Below, piece by piece: positions 16,073-31,319 of a stretch of DNA of 64,000 nucleotides. A program made the translations under genes and the position numbers. Below the pieces are notes generated by a model. The model worked only from the letters and a program-made list of their open reading frames with translations, did no database searches and was not told the DNA's origin. The number at the start of each line of letters is the position of its first letter. Position 1 is the stretch's first letter. Location of the stretch: the NCBI RefSeq assembly GCF_009914755.1, contig NC_060926.1, one strand, 5' to 3'. The DNA is from the human T2T-CHM13v2.0 reference genome, Homo sapiens.

Positions 16073-17075
16073 AAGATATCTCTTTGAAACTCAAATTTCA
16101 ATGTTTTTGGCTATATACCCAGAAATGAAATTGCTCAATTGTATGGTAAGAACTACCATATGCTATTTTCAGTTTTTCTGAGGCACCTCCATACTGTTTT
16201 CCATAGCTGCTATACCACTTTACATGTCCACCAATGGTGCACAAGGGTTCCAATTTCTCCGCATTCTTGTCAACACTTAACTTTCGTTTTTTCGATAATA
16301 GCATTCCTAACAGGTAGTAGGAGATATTTAATTGTAGTTTAGATTTGTATTTCTCTGATAAATAATAATTTGTATCTCTGATAATGTTGAGCATTTTATA
16401 TACATATATTGTGTATACATACATATATACACATATACATATATACACATATATATACATATATATACACATATATATATCTGTTGGCCTTTTGTATATC
16501 TTGTTCTTTGGACAAATGTCTGTTCAAGTCATTTGCACATTTTTTAATTATTTGCTTTCTTGCTTTTGTGTTATCTATTTTAGACATTAACCCCTTATCA
16601 GACATATGGTTTACAGAACTTTCTCCCATTCCAGAGGTTGCCTTTTCATTCTGTTGTTTCCTTTATTATGCAAAAGCTTCCTAGTTTGATATAGTCTCAC
16701 TTGTCTATTTACGCTTTTGTTGCCTGTGCTTTTGGTGTCACATCCAAGAAACCATTGCCAAGATCAATACGAAGAAGTGTTTCCTATGTATTTTCTCCTA
16801 GGGATTTTATAGTTTCAGGTCTTACCTGTAAGTCTTTAATCCATTTTTAGGTAGGAGTTCAATTTCATTTTTTGCACGTGGATACCTGGTTTTTCCAATA
16901 CCAATTTCCTGAAGAGACTATTTTTGCCATTGCATATTTTTTGTATCCTTGTCAGATATCCTTGCATATTTTGGTCAGTTGACCATATATGCATGGGTTT
17001 GTTTCTGGGTTCTTTGTTCCATTGATCTAATATGTCTACCTTTATGCCAGTATCATACTGTTTAATTACTGTAGT
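16073..17075 (-). mobile_element. L1MB-class element, inverted 5' segment (ORF2 3' region)
   Basis: Antisense L1 ORF2 motifs (CTCCATACTGTTTTCCATAGC, TTTTCCAATACCAATT); internal TA/TACA repeat. Confidence 0.9.
16398..16480. repeat. (TA)n/(TACA)n compound microsatellite inside L1
   Basis: TATACATATATTGTGTATACATACATATATACACATATACAT... Confidence 0.9.
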
Positions 17076-17077
17076 TT

Positions 17078-17706
17078 TATATTTTATTTACAATAGCCAA
17101 GATACAGAAACAGCCCAAGTGTCCATCAACAGACTCATGGATAAAGAAAATGTGCTATATACATACAGTGGAATATATTCTGCCTTCAAAAAAAAACAAG
17201 GAAATTCTGCCATTTGTGACAAACTGTAGGACATTATGCTAAGTGAAGTAAGTTGATCACAGAAAGACAATACTGCATGATTCAGCTTATGTGAGGTGTA
17301 ATAGTAATATAAATAGTCAAACTCATAAAAGTAGAGTATTTGACAGTGGTTGCCAGGAGCTGGGGATGGGAGAAATGGACAGTTGTTCAATGGGTAGTTT
17401 CAATTATGCTAGATGAATACATTGTAGAACTCTGCTGTACAACGTAGTGCCTATGGTTAACAATATAATATTGTGTACTTTAAAATTGTTAAAAGGGTAG
17501 ATCTTATGTTCAATGATCTTACCACAAAAAAAGAAAAATTAGGGACACAAGGAACCTTGGGAAGTGCTGTATATGTCTACTACCTTGATTGTGGTAATGG
17601 TATCACAGTGTTTACATATGTCCAAACTCATCAAATTGTACACATTAAATATGTGTCACTATCTGTGTATCAATTATATCTTAATAAAGCTGTTTGAAAA
17701 AATAAA
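17078..17706 (+). mobile_element. L1MB-class element, sense 3' segment with 3' UTR and poly-A signal
   Basis: ACAATAGCCAAGATA..AAGTGTCCATCAACAGA..CAAACTCATCAAATTGTACACATTAAATATGTG..AATAAAGCTGTT. Confidence 0.9.
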
Positions 17707-17781
17707 GGGAGGGCATTGAGTTAGGATGTTTAGAATCTCTGCACTTCCTGAAAATGTGAGCTAGGAGAAAATCAATTTGCC

Positions 17782-18087
<306 letters not shown>

Positions 18088-18467
18088 TCAAAGGAAGAGC
18101 TAAGGAAACTTATTTATCTTTGCTCCAGCACTAGGTGGGGTTTAAATAGTTTTCAAAAAAGGTAAAAACTATGATTCTCCATAAATATAAATTGAATATG
18201 TATCAAGGATTATATAATTTAAAATGATAGAACCAGCAGGATGGAGCCAGCAGGTATAAAATAGCTATGTTAGATACTGGTTAGCGTCCTACAGTGCAAA
18301 AAAACTATAACTTGTAGGGTTATTTTTTTCTACCAGACAGAAATCATTTGCCTTTCTAACAGTAAGTCTTTTTCATCTAATCAATTTTCTACAAATAAAC
18401 ATGTAGTTTTGCAGAATCTGGCCTCTAATCGATAGTAAATAGTAAATTAAGCAAAGGTACATTCCCC

Positions 18468-18602
18468 TAAAATTCAGTTCCTCAGTTTCATTAGCCACAT
18501 TTCAAATGTCCAATAGCCATGTGGATACTGGCTATTAGATAGACAATGCAGATTTATAGAACATTTTTATCACCACAGAAAAGTTCTTTTGGTATGTGCT
18601 GC
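18468..18602. mobile_element. MER3 (hAT-Charlie)
   Basis: AAAATTCAGTTCCTCAG..TAGCCACATTTCAAATG..AGAACATTT..CAGAAAAGTTCT. Confidence 0.75.
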
Positions 18603-18621
18603 CTTCAAGAATTAAAATGTC

Positions 18622-19260
<639 letters not shown>

Positions 19261-20004
19261 GGGTGGACCTCTTAGACAATGTTCCACTATAACATTGAAA
19301 GGACATCATTTAGTCATCCAGTCATCCTTTTGTGTTATTTTCAGGTTTTGGATAATTTTTTAACAGTAGAAATATTAATAATGATAATCATAGACTCCCT
19401 AAGAGTTTTTAGTAGTATACTTGTTTCTGCATTTTTTCAGGTTTTAAGCTCAATTTCACATCACCCTCACTGTAGGTAATACCCTAATCTGAGAAATTAA
19501 AATGATTCCAGGTTGGTAGCACACAGTGGGGTCTGGAAGAAGCCACATAAATTATTGGTTTAAAGTTTGATGTGTGTCACCTTATTTTATTCTGTAGTCC
19601 AGAAACACCATGCAAATCTCCTAGTAAAGTTCTTATGCTACTCTTTTGGCATAAATTATCTTACCTGAACATTTATTACTAAAATAATCTAAATTTTTTC
19701 ATTAAGATTCTAGGAGGCACAAGGACTTCCAGGCAACATATAACAATCATAATACCTAACATTTGTTATGTGGTTTTTGATTTACAAAATGCTCCTGTAA
19801 AAAAGGGATAGAGCTATTCTGTCTTCTGGGGAAGCCTGATTATCCAACATCAACTCCTCAACCTCCTATACATGTGGCCTCCCGGAACAGTTGACCTTCC
19901 ACTGACAAAGTCAACTACACATCCTTCCCTTGGATTTGTCTCTTGGATTTGCCTCCCTTCTCCTTAGAGGCAATTTCCTTTTGTATGTGTATCTATCTCC
20001 CTAG

Positions 20005-20160
20005 TCTAGTGTGAAAGAAAATGGATGTGAATTCTGTTTCCATGCTGGTAAATTGTGGGACTCTGAAAGTTATTTAATTATCTAACCTTCAGTTTCTTCA
20101 TCTGCAAACCTGGGAACAGAAACATCTACTTCAAGATTGCCCTGAGGGCCAAATAACATA
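20005..20160 (+). mobile_element. MIR
   Basis: AAGTTATTTAA..CTTCAGTTTCTTCATCTGCAAA. Confidence 0.65.
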
Positions 20161-20165
20161 AAGAT

Positions 20166-20494
20166 TTGGTTATCAGAGGTTAGGAAAGTTGGGAGTGGAT
20201 AGGGAGAGGCTGGTTAATGGATACCAAGTTACAGCTGGATAGGAGGGATAAGTTCTAGTGTTCTATTGCACTGTAGGGTGAATATAGCTGACGATAATTT
20301 ATTATATGTATTCAAACAACTAGAAGAGAAGATTTTGAATAGGCCCAGCACAAAGGAATGATAAATGTTCGGGGTGATGGATATGCTAATTGCCGTGCTT
20401 TGATCATCACGCATTGCAGACACGTATTGCAGTATCATTCCGTACCTTATAAATATGTACAATTACATGTCAACTAAAAATGAAAAGAAAAAAA
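20166..20494 (+). mobile_element. L1MA 3' UTR fragment
   Basis: GATAGGAGGGATAAGTTCTAGTGTTCTATTGCACTGTAGGGTGA..ATAAATATGTACAATTACATGTCAACTAAAAAT. Confidence 0.85.
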
Positions 20495-20639
20495 TGATCT
20501 GTTTGTTCTCACGTGGATTTTATTATGCTCTTTGCATTCCTTAGTGTCTTTGACCTTATCTATCACTCAAAGACAAAAACAGCCTTCCCATGGGATTACC
20601 ATTTTAGTTTTAGGCACATTATTCTGAGATCTTTTTGTC

Positions 20640-23135
20640 ATTAATACCTAATATGGATTATATTATGGTCAAAGGCATTATATGGTCAATAGCCATTCTT
20701 TGGAATACATTAAAACTTCACTTTTGATTTAGTATGTGGTTGGTATTTATAAATAGTTCTGTGCTTGGAAAAAATATGTATTCTCTGTATTTTTAAGGGA
20801 CAGGGACTTAACTATGTTTCTGCATCTTCATATCTATCCATACTAGATCAAGCATATTTGATATCCTAAATTTTTTTTTACATATTTGTTTCACAGAGAG
20901 GTCTAGTAAGTCTCCCACTATGGCTACAGACTATCAATTTATTCTTGTAATTCACCTTTACTTTATATATTTTGAACCTATATTAGTAAGTGCACCTAAC
21001 AATATAGTGCATTTGCCATACCTGTATTGCTACAGCCTCCAGTGAACAGTTTTATCTGCAATTACCCTTTTATTCCTAATATTGTTCTATGACTTAAAAC
21101 TATTCAGTTTGATATTAATATTGTTTTACAAGTTTTCCTTTGGTTAGTGTTGTCTAATATGTGTTTTTTCCAATTCTTTATGCTTAAGCTTTCAGGTTTT
21201 AGCCAGGTCTTTTCTAAATAGAAAAAAATGTTTCCTTTCAGTCTGAGATTTTGTGTCTTTTAACAGCCAAGTTTAATCTATTTATATGAGTTATGATTGT
21301 TGATATATTTGCATTTATTTCTTTCATCTTATCTTATGTTTTCCACAATTTAAATTGGATTTCAAGTGCAAAGAGTTGAGTTAATCATATTTTTCGATTT
21401 ACAGCAAACTATTTCTAGTTTTTCACACTTTAGTTTTGTGATTTTCCCATTTCCCTCCTTCATATATTACCCATGCTCATGTCATCAGAATACATCTTTT
21501 TTTATTATTCTTTTTGAGACAGGGTCTCACTCTGTCTCCCTGGCTGGAGTGCAGAGGCATGATCACAGCTCAGCTCACTGCATGCTTGACCTCCTGGGCT
21601 CCGGTGATCTTCCCATTTCAGCCTCCCTAGTATCTGGGACTACAGGCACACACCATCACACCCGGCTAATGTTATTGTTGTTGTTGTTTGTAGAGATGGG
21701 GTTTCACCATGTTGCCCAAGCTGGTCTCAAACTCCTGAACTCAAGCAATCTGCCTGCCTTGGCCTCCCAAAGTGCTGGGATTACAGGCATGCGCCACCAC
21801 ACCTGGACTCTGGAATACATCTTTAAGATGCCTAGTGAGGTGATGAAATACGTAGATGTGTTTCGAATATGTACTTTTCTATTTACATAAATAGCATTTT
21901 ACTCTAAATCTCATTGTTTTGCATTTTTCATCCAACATTGTTTGTAAGATCTACTCATGTTGCTGTATGTACATATATCTAGTTTTGTTTTATCCTATGT
22001 TACGTCATCTCATAGTTTACAACCACTGCATTTTACGTAGCCATTCTCCACAATTAGCGACACCAAGGTTCGCTCCACTTCCACAAACAGTACTGTGAAG
22101 AACGTTCTCGTAAGTCCTCTTGTGAATTAGAATAATTTTTCTGAGTAGTGGCATTGCTAAATAATAAAATATTTGTGTGTTTAATTTCACTAACCACTAG
22201 TTGTAAATTAGTTCCAGAACCAATGGAAACGTTGAACGTTTACCACCAGATACACAAGAGTCTCTGTCTCCCCACATCCTTGTTAACACTTTATGTTACC
22301 CACCTGTAGTTTTTGCAATCTCATTGATTTAAAACGATACCTCATTATTGTCTTTAGTTAGAATTCTCTGATTATTAGTGATTTTGAGCCTTCTTTCTTC
22401 ATATATTTATTAGTCATTCAGGATTCTCCTTCTGTGAGTTGCTTACCCATGCATTTTGCCTTCTTTTCTATTGAATTTCCTATTTTCCCAGTGATTTTTA
22501 ATGCACTCTGGATACTAACCTCTTGACAATTTTAGACATTGCAAATTTTTCCAGTCACAGTTTTTTGTTAACTTTATCTATAAAGTCTTTGGCAGAACAA
22601 TCTATCAATCTTTATCTTATAGTTTTTGTTTTCAGAAAATTTTCTAAGTGGTCTTTTTTACTCTAGACCACAGAGTTATTCTCTACGTTTTCATCCATTA
22701 GTTTAATGGTTATACCTTTCCCTTGAGTTTTAAGCCATCTAGAGTACAGATATTCAGCTTTATTTTTCATGTGGTTTACTAGTTTTCCTGACATATCTAT
22801 ACAACAAATAAAAACCTCCCTGGAATTCTGATTAGGATTGCACTGAATATATAGAATAATTTTAGGAAAGTTGACATCTTTACTAAATTAGGCTGAACTC
22901 TTGTTGAGCATACCATGTCTTTATTTAGATCTCACTCTATGCCTTTCAAAACTCCTTTTCTCTATTAAAATCTTGTGTATACTTTTATAAGTTAATTTTA
23001 GGTAATTCATAAATTTAGCTGCTATTGTAAATAGCATATATTTTCTCTTATATTTTATAATTATTGCTGCTGTATCACAGTAATACTATTGATGTTTGTA
23101 AGTTAATGCTATATATGGCAACTTTGCTGAATTCT
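20640..23135 (-). mobile_element. Ancient L1ME-type fragments (interrupted by AluJ)
   Basis: Antisense L1 ORF2 and 3' motifs: AAGTCTCCCACTATG, GATTAGGATTGCACTGAAT, GCAACTTTGCTGAATTC. Confidence 0.7.
21497..21808 (-). mobile_element. AluJ
   Basis: GAGACAGGGTCTCACTCTGT, CTCAAGCAATCTGCCTGCC; TSD GAATACATCTTT. Confidence 0.95.
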
Positions 23136-23137
23136 AC

Positions 23138-24990
23138 TTTTTAAAGATATGTTTATACCAGATTTAGGCTCATAGCAAAATTAAGAGGAAAGAACAAAGA
23201 TTTCCCATATATACCCTGCTCCCTCATAAGCATAGCTTCCCCCAATTATCAACATTCTCCACCAAGAGTGTTACATTTGTTATAAATGATGAACATACAT
23301 TGACACATCATTGGCACCCCAAAGTCCACAGTTTACATTTAGGGTTCACTCTTGGTGTTGAACATTCTGTGAGTTTGGACAAATGTATAATCACACATAT
23401 CCACTATAGAGTATCATACAGAGTATTTCCACTGACAAAAAAATCCTCTGTGCTTCACCTATTCATCTTCCCTCCCTCCTAACCCCTGTCAACCACTGAT
23501 CTTTTTCCTGTCTCCATAGTTTTGCCGTTTACAGAAAAGTCAGATAATTGCAATCACACGCTCTGTAGCCTTTTCAGATTGGCTTCTTTCACTTAGTAAT
23601 ATGTATTTAAGTTTCCTCCATGTTTTTTCAGAGAATAGTTTATTTCTTTTTAGCACTGAAAATTATTCTATTTTCTGAATGTACTACAGTTTATTTATCC
23701 ATTCACCTACTAAAGGACATCTTGGTTACTTCCAAGTTTTGGGAATTGTGAATAAAGCTGCTATAAACATCTACGTGCAGGTACTTTTCGGGACATATAT
23801 TTTCAACTCCTTTAGGTAGATACCAAGGAAAACAATTGCTGGATCATATGATAAGAGTGTGTTTAGTTTTGTAAGAAACTGTCAAACTTTTCCAAAGTGG
23901 CTGTACCATTTTGCATTCTCACCAGCAATGAATGAGAGTTCCTTTGCTCCACATCCTCACCAGCATCTGGTGGTGTTAATGTTCTGTATTTTGGCCACTC
24001 AAATATATATGTACTGGTATCTCATTGTTGTAATTTGCATTTCCATAATGACATAGGATGTGGAGCACCTTTTTGCATGTTTATTTGCCATCTGTTTATT
24101 TTCTGTGGTAGTGTCTGTTGAGGTTTTTGGCCCCTTTTCTAATCATGTTGTTCGTTTTCTTATTGTTGAGTTTTAAGAGTTCCTTTTATATTTTGGATAA
24201 CAGGCCTTATATGGTTTTTGCAAATATGTTCTTCTAGTCTCTGACTTGTCTTTTTATTCCTTCACAGCATATTTAACACCACAGAAATATTTACTTTTAA
24301 TGAAGTCCAGCTTATCAATTATTTCTTTCATAGATCATGCCATTGGTGTCATACCCAAAAAGTCATTGCCAAACTCAAGATCACCTCAATTGTCTCTTGT
24401 TTTCTTCTAGGAGCTTGTGTTTTACATGCAGGTCTGTGATCCATTTTGAGATAATCTTTGTAATGGTCTGTGTCTGGATTTATTTCTTTACATGTGGATG
24501 TTCAGTTGTTCCAGCACCACTGTCAAAAAGACTATCTTTTCTCCACTGTGTTGTCTTTGCTCCTTTGTCTATTAGTTGACTGTATTTATGTGGGTTCATT
24601 TGGGAGCTCTTTACTTTGTTCTACTGATTTGTCCATTCTTTCACTAATACCACACTGTCTTTATTATTGTAATTTTATAGTAAGTCGAAGTCTGACAGTG
24701 TCAGTCCTCCAATTTTGTTCTCCTTCAATATTATGTTGGCTATTCTGGATCATTTTGCCTCTCCATATAAACACTAGAATTTGTTTGTCAGTATTCACAA
24801 GATAACTGGCTGAGATTGTGACTGAGATTGCATTGGATCTATAGATCAAGTTGGAAAGAACTCATATGTTTACAGTATTGGGTCTTCCTATTCATAAACG
24901 TGGAATGGCTCTCCGTTTATCTAGTTCTTCACTGATTTCTTTCACCAGAGTTTTGTTATTTTCCACATATAGGTCTTGTATATATTTTGG
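23138..24990 (-). mobile_element. L1MC1-like 3' UTR and ORF2 end
   Basis: CATAGCAAAATTAAG..GATTTCCCATATATACCCTG..AGGGTTCACTCTTGGTGTTG; ORF 24664-24849 resembles L1 ORF2 IYRFNAIPIK. Confidence 0.88.
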
Positions 24991-25548
24991 ACATATAAAC
25001 TTTATTAAGGATATTCCCTTCTATTCCAGTTCATCTGAGAGTTTTAATCATAAATAGTTGAACTCTATCAAAAATATTTGTCTATTAAGATAATTAGATG
25101 ATTATTGTTAGTCTATGAAAAGAGTAAGTTGCCTTGAGTGATATTCTACGATTGAACCATCCTTACACTCCTCATATAAATTCTACTGTAAGCACACATT
25201 ATTCATATTTTTAAAATATATTTTGTTTTGAATTTGTACAGTAGTGATCATAAGGGAGTATTTTCTTTCACTGCACTATTATTTCCTAATCTTAAAATCA
25301 AAGTTTTACTAAGTTCAAAAAAGGTGGTAAATAGTTTTTACTCATTTTCTGGTTTCATTGTAATTTGAATAACCTAGGATTATCTATTTGCAAGTTTAGT
25401 AAAACTCGCCCATGTAAACAGCTAATCCCTTTATTTTAATTTTTTTCCTTTCTTTCCTGTAATTGTCTACTAAAATTCCTTAATTCCCTTTTGTCATGGT
25501 TTGGTGAGGTAAGTCCATTTTAACTTTTTTAGTTATTACCTCTATAGT

Positions 25549-25792
<244 letters not shown>

Positions 25793-25870
25793 CTACATGA
25801 CTTAACTTAGTCTGAAATTAATATTTATGTTATCTTCCGGAACCGTATAGCCTTTAATCTTCCTTTACAC

Positions 25871-26228
25871 CAAGGGTGCCCAACCCCTGGGCAGTGGACC
25901 ACTAACTAGTCCATGACCTTTTAGGAACGGGGACATACAGCAGGAGGTGACCTGCAGGCTGGTGAGTGAGTGAGCATTGCCACCTGAGCTCCACCTCCCG
26001 TCAGATCAGTGGCAGCATTAGATTCTCACAGGAGCGTGAACCCTATTGTGAACTGCACATGCGAGGGATCTGGGTTCTGTGCTCCTTATGAGAATCTAAT
26101 GCCTGATGATCCAACATGGAATAGTTTCATCCTGAAACCATCCCCTCCACCCCACACACTGGCCCATCCATGGAAAAACTGTCTTCCACAAAACCAGTCC
26201 CAGGTGTCAAAAAGTATGGGAACCACGG
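25871..26228. mobile_element. MER1B (hAT-Charlie)
   Basis: CAGATCAGTGGCAGCATTAGATTCTCA..GCTCCTTATGAGAATCTAATGCCTGATGATC; 8-bp TSD CTTTACAC/CTTAACAC. Confidence 0.9.
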
Positions 26229-26816
26229 CTTAACACCAAACCCTCAACTTCCATCATGATCACTACAAAATATTTTGCTTCCACCTTAATTTTAACTGTC
26301 ACTCAAATGAGCTTCATCTTTACAGTCAATGCTTTACTTTACAGTCAAATTTACCAGTGTATTTAGCAACATCTTAGTTCTCCCAATGCCTCTTGATTCT
26401 AACTCCTTCTTTTGGAGTTCAATTTCCTCTCTCCTGAAGTACATTCTTTAGTAGTTCTTACAGCAAGGGTCTTTTATAGGCAAAAATTCTCTGTTCTTGT
26501 TAATCTGAAAAATGTATTTTACTTTTCTTGTGTTATATTTATCTTGGAATATAATTCTAAGTTAACTGGTATTTTCCCTGAAAACTTTCAAAATATTATT
26601 CCATTTTCCTCTGCAGTCTCCTGCTGATGCAATATCAATCAACAGGCAATTGGCCTTTTCTCTCTGCTTGCTGTTATAGTTTTGTCTATGCTCTATACTG
26701 TTCTGCAGTTTTCACCACAGTGTACATATTTAAATATTTTTTTATTCTTTAAAACATGTGCTCCTTCAATATGAGGATTGATATATTTCTCCAATTCTGT
26801 AAAAATATCAGACATT

Positions 26817-27117
26817 GGCCCAGGCACGGTGGCTCATGCCAGTAATCCCAGCACTCTGGGAGGCCAAGGCGGACTGATATCCTGAGGACGGAAATTCGAT
26901 ACTGGGCTGGCCAACCTGGTGAAACCCCATGCCTACTAAAAATACAAAAATTAGCAGGGCATGGTGATAGATGCCTGTAATCTCAGCTACTCAGGAGGCT
27001 AAATAAAGCAGGAGAATTGCTTGAACCCGGGGGGCAGATGTTGCAGTAAGCCAAGATCGCGCAACTGCACTCCAGACTGGACCACAGAACAAGACTCTGT
27101 CTCAAAGATAAATAAAT
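26817..27117 (+). mobile_element. AluS
   Basis: Full Alu dimer with degenerate (AAAT) tail. Confidence 0.95.
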
Positions 27118-28023
27118 ATCAAATATTATCACTATTCATTGTGTGTTGGGCCATCTCATACTCTCCTCCATGTTCTTAGCCTCTCTTGCATACTCTTTGT
27201 TTCTCTATCCTTTTATCTTTTGGGTGAGCACCCCGGGTAACTTCCTCAATTCCATTTTTTAGTTTGTTATTCATCTCTTAATCGTAACTAATATGCTATT
27301 TAAGCAATTTATTAAGTTTACAATTTTTATAACATTTTTATTTCTAGAAGCTTTACTTGCTTTTTTCACATCTACATCTTTTCTATACTGTCAGATTATT
27401 ATGATTTCTATTCCTTCGTTAAGCTCTATAAGCCTTTTAAATATATTTATTGTGTAAAATCTTTCAGATTATTCTGTCTACTTAATGAGGTACTAACTCT
27501 CCTATATCTTGCATCAGATAATTTTTTCTCCTAATGCATTTAATTTTCTCACATAATTTTCATTGTGAGCTCATTTTCAGAGAGGGTAGCATTTTCCAGG
27601 ATGTCTCAAGGCCTCTGATTTATGTAAGTACCTATATAGAATGGTTTAACATTTGCATCTCTGAGGACCTGAAAAGTATCTGAACCAGTTTTATCAATAA
27701 TTTCTTGACTTATGGCTCCAATATTATAATAGTAAAATAAGCTAAATTCAGGGATTTGATTTCTTGCGACTGACTTTTTACCTCACAAAAACTCTAGATA
27801 CCCAGAAAGCTTCTTTGCTGCATCCTTGGTTTTCCTAAATCTCCTTTCTGTAAATGAGACAGCTGTCCAAGCCTCTGCTTTATGAAAGAGCTCCCCGCAA
27901 GCTCCCTGCAGCCTAAGCCCATATTTCCTGTTCTCCTGTAACTCTGGCTTTATTTTGCACTTAGATATCTTGTTTTTTAAGTTCAGTTTTTATAATGTTG
28001 TTGTTGTTGTTTTTATTCAGAGA

Positions 28024-28049
28024 GTGTGTGTGTGTGTGTGTGTGTGTGT
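28024..28049. repeat. (GT)13 microsatellite
   Basis: Perfect GT run. Confidence 0.97.
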
Positions 28050-30039
28050 TTATGGCAACAATTTGGTTCACTTTGTTGCTTTAAGTTTCCATTTCTATGC
28101 CTTGTTAAATACAGCAGTTAAGATGCTTTAAGTCCTAGTTCTCTAGTTATGAACTTTAGGTGTCAAACCCAGTCTTGATAGGAAATATCCCACTTAGTCA
28201 TTCCTCACATTTACTCATCTAATTTGAAGACACAGAGAAAAGCAAAGCCAAGTACTCCAGGTGACGGCTGTAATGTTCCTTGACTTCTTTGAATCTCATA
28301 TTCTTTGTACTCTTCTGTGCCTATGTTTTTCAATACCTTTAAGAAATTAATGTTTTACAAAGAGTTACTGTTCTTTTTTCATTCAGAAATATATCTTTGT
28401 TGCCTCATTCGGTCTGATGCACAATCACTGGACATTTCCATTTCCCTTTTGTATGGTTACCTGACTAATTAAGAGCACTTCAAGACCCAGAAGACAGGAC
28501 ATGTGCTTCACAGAGGGACCAATTAAATGATGATTTTTAGTGTTTCATTGAAAATACCATCAAAAATTAAAATGACGATCTAACCTCATATCCAAAAGAA
28601 GGTTCTATTTTCAATATTCCACTAAAGTATGATGCCCTTTGGTCACATTTAGGGGAAAAAGGCCTTTGTTAATATCAAATAAGCAAGAAAAAACTATGTA
28701 TTACATATACTATATATTATGGATGCATACATATATAATACCTTGTTTTGAAAATCAAGTTGCTGTGTAGTCTACCCAAAGAAAGAAGTAAGCTGGGTTG
28801 TGAAGTAAGGTATATAAGAAAAAGATCCGTGTGAAATAGACAGATCACTCTACAAATCTGTCTATTACTCTTCAGTATGGTAGTGGAAAACTTTGTATTT
28901 CAGAAAAAAATTCAGTGGCTTCATCAGTTGTTTTATTATTTGTTTATCTTTAACCTTTAATATTTGAATGAGGTCATTTCTTGGTAAAATATAAATTATT
29001 TGGTTCATCTTTGGCAAATGAATAATCACTATGTACTACGGTAAGATCAGATAAGATCTTTTCTTTAAAAAATATGTCTTTTTAGTGCTCTTTAAGCATT
29101 CATTTCCCCCTGCCATCACCACATCAGCATAGAAAGTGCAAACTGCACAGGTACATAGGTTGTCCTGACTCACATATCCTTCTATCTGCCCACCTACATT
29201 TCCTTTTACTAAAATATCAAGTTCTTGCTCAGAAAACCTTAGTATTACTACTGCCATCAAAGACTTCTAACATCATCCCTTGGCCCATGCTTTGTTCTAG
29301 ACAAAGTAGAAAAGGAATTAAATTTAAAGGCATAGTCAAATGGATGTTGCGAGACAGGGTGGGCAAAGGAGAAAATCGGTCACCTCTCTCATCCTCTACT
29401 CATTCATTTGCCTCTCCAACTCCATTTCTATTTGTCTTTGTCTCTCTCCTATTTTTTATGGGACTACAGGTTTATTAACAGTGACTTTAAAGATTAAAAA
29501 TAGACTGACTTTGGCTCTCTAGATATACTTCACTTACAAGCTTTTAACGTTTGCAAAGAAAACACAGATCCTTTACCTAAACATAGCAAAAACTATATTG
29601 CTATAATATAACCCTATTGTTTAATTATTCAACCATTATACTCTTTCCAAAAAAGTAGCTCCTTGCATATATTTTCTAGTAGCAAAGAAATTCTCATTGT
29701 TGATTTAGCAGGTGAAAAGCATGACAGTTATTATAAATAATATAGAAATCTTATATCCCAGATAGATAAGCATACAAGGTAATCAAATTCCTAGTTTGAG
29801 CAACATGTCAGAACTCAACATCCAAATGATGTTTTTATCTCCTTCGAAGTAGTCAGCTTGGAATGTGCATTCACCTATTCTCACAGCTAATGCTGTCTTT
29901 CTTCAGAACATTTTTGGAGCTTCTGTTTCAGAACTCTTCTCAGGCCTGGTACACCCTATTTTGAGTAGCCTCTGTGGTTGCATATCACCACCACAGAAGA
30001 GTGGTTCTTGTTCCTTCTTGTTTTTAAGATATAAAAGTT

Positions 30040-30327
<288 letters not shown>

Positions 30328-31010
30328 CTAAGATAGGTGTTCAAGTTAAATAATATATTTGGTTTTGCTCAAATACCAGATAGTGAGGCTACGAAGTAAC
30401 GGGAACATTTCCCTAATGTACCTTATAAATTAATCCTGATGTTACAATGAATTTCAGATTTAGTTGAGGCAACAACAGCCTCATAGCAACAAAAACAGAT
30501 CCTTCCCTAGCAACCCCTCTGAAGGGCAATACTCCTCTTATTTAGCAGCTTAAGTACGGTTGTATTTCTTGTGTGAAATTACTTTTTGTACATGGCTCAT
30601 ATGTTCTTTCTCTTTAAAAAAAATGTTTCAAGAAATTTGCTGAAGATATTTTTATGTTTGAGTTGTATAGGATTTTTTTTTTTTAGATTGCTTTCAAAAC
30701 AGGCTTGGGCACTATTCAGGGAAGTTAAATGTTTTCTGAGGGAAATACAGAATGTAATTATTAGAGTTTTATTTATTTGACAGTAGGTTTCCTTGGTCTC
30801 ATAAAGCATGCAACTTTTTTTTAAGTCTTTCATTACACTCTTCCAAAGCTTATTAGCATATCAGAAGTCCTATGGAAACTTCAAAATTATTACTCTGATG
30901 AATACTGAACATGTTTTCTAAGTTCTCCTATTTAAGATCTGTAATTCCACATAAGCCTATTTTGATCAAATTCAGCATTTCTAATTCATATTTGGGGAGC
31001 CGTGAACACC

Positions 31011-31260
31011 TTTTTTCAGCTTTCTTGAAGTATCATTGACAAATAAAAACTGTATAGATTCAAGATGTATAATATGATATATACATACACATTGGGAAAT
31101 GATTTTCACATTCAAACTAATTAATGTATCCATTGCCTCACATAGTTACCTTTTTGAGTGGTGAGAATACGTAAGATGGATTCACTTAGTGAATTTCCAG
31201 TATATAATACATTATTATTAACTATGGTCACTGTCCTGTACGTTAGGTCTCCAGAATGTA
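31011..31260 (-). mobile_element. L1MA (MA8/9-like) 3' end
   Basis: TTGACAAATAAAAACTGTATA..CTCACATAGTTACC..TACATTATTATTAACTATGGTCAC..TAGGTCTCCAGAA. Confidence 0.85.
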
Positions 31261-31319
31261 TAGCTGCAAATTTACATCCCTGGATTAGGCAAATATTTGT
31301 ATAATACTCCCTTGCTGCA

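Noticed and set aside
24337-25057. ORFs such as MIYRSNAISVTISASY..., and similar ones at 16098-17697
   Set aside because: Decayed L1 ORF2/3' UTR remnants with many stops.
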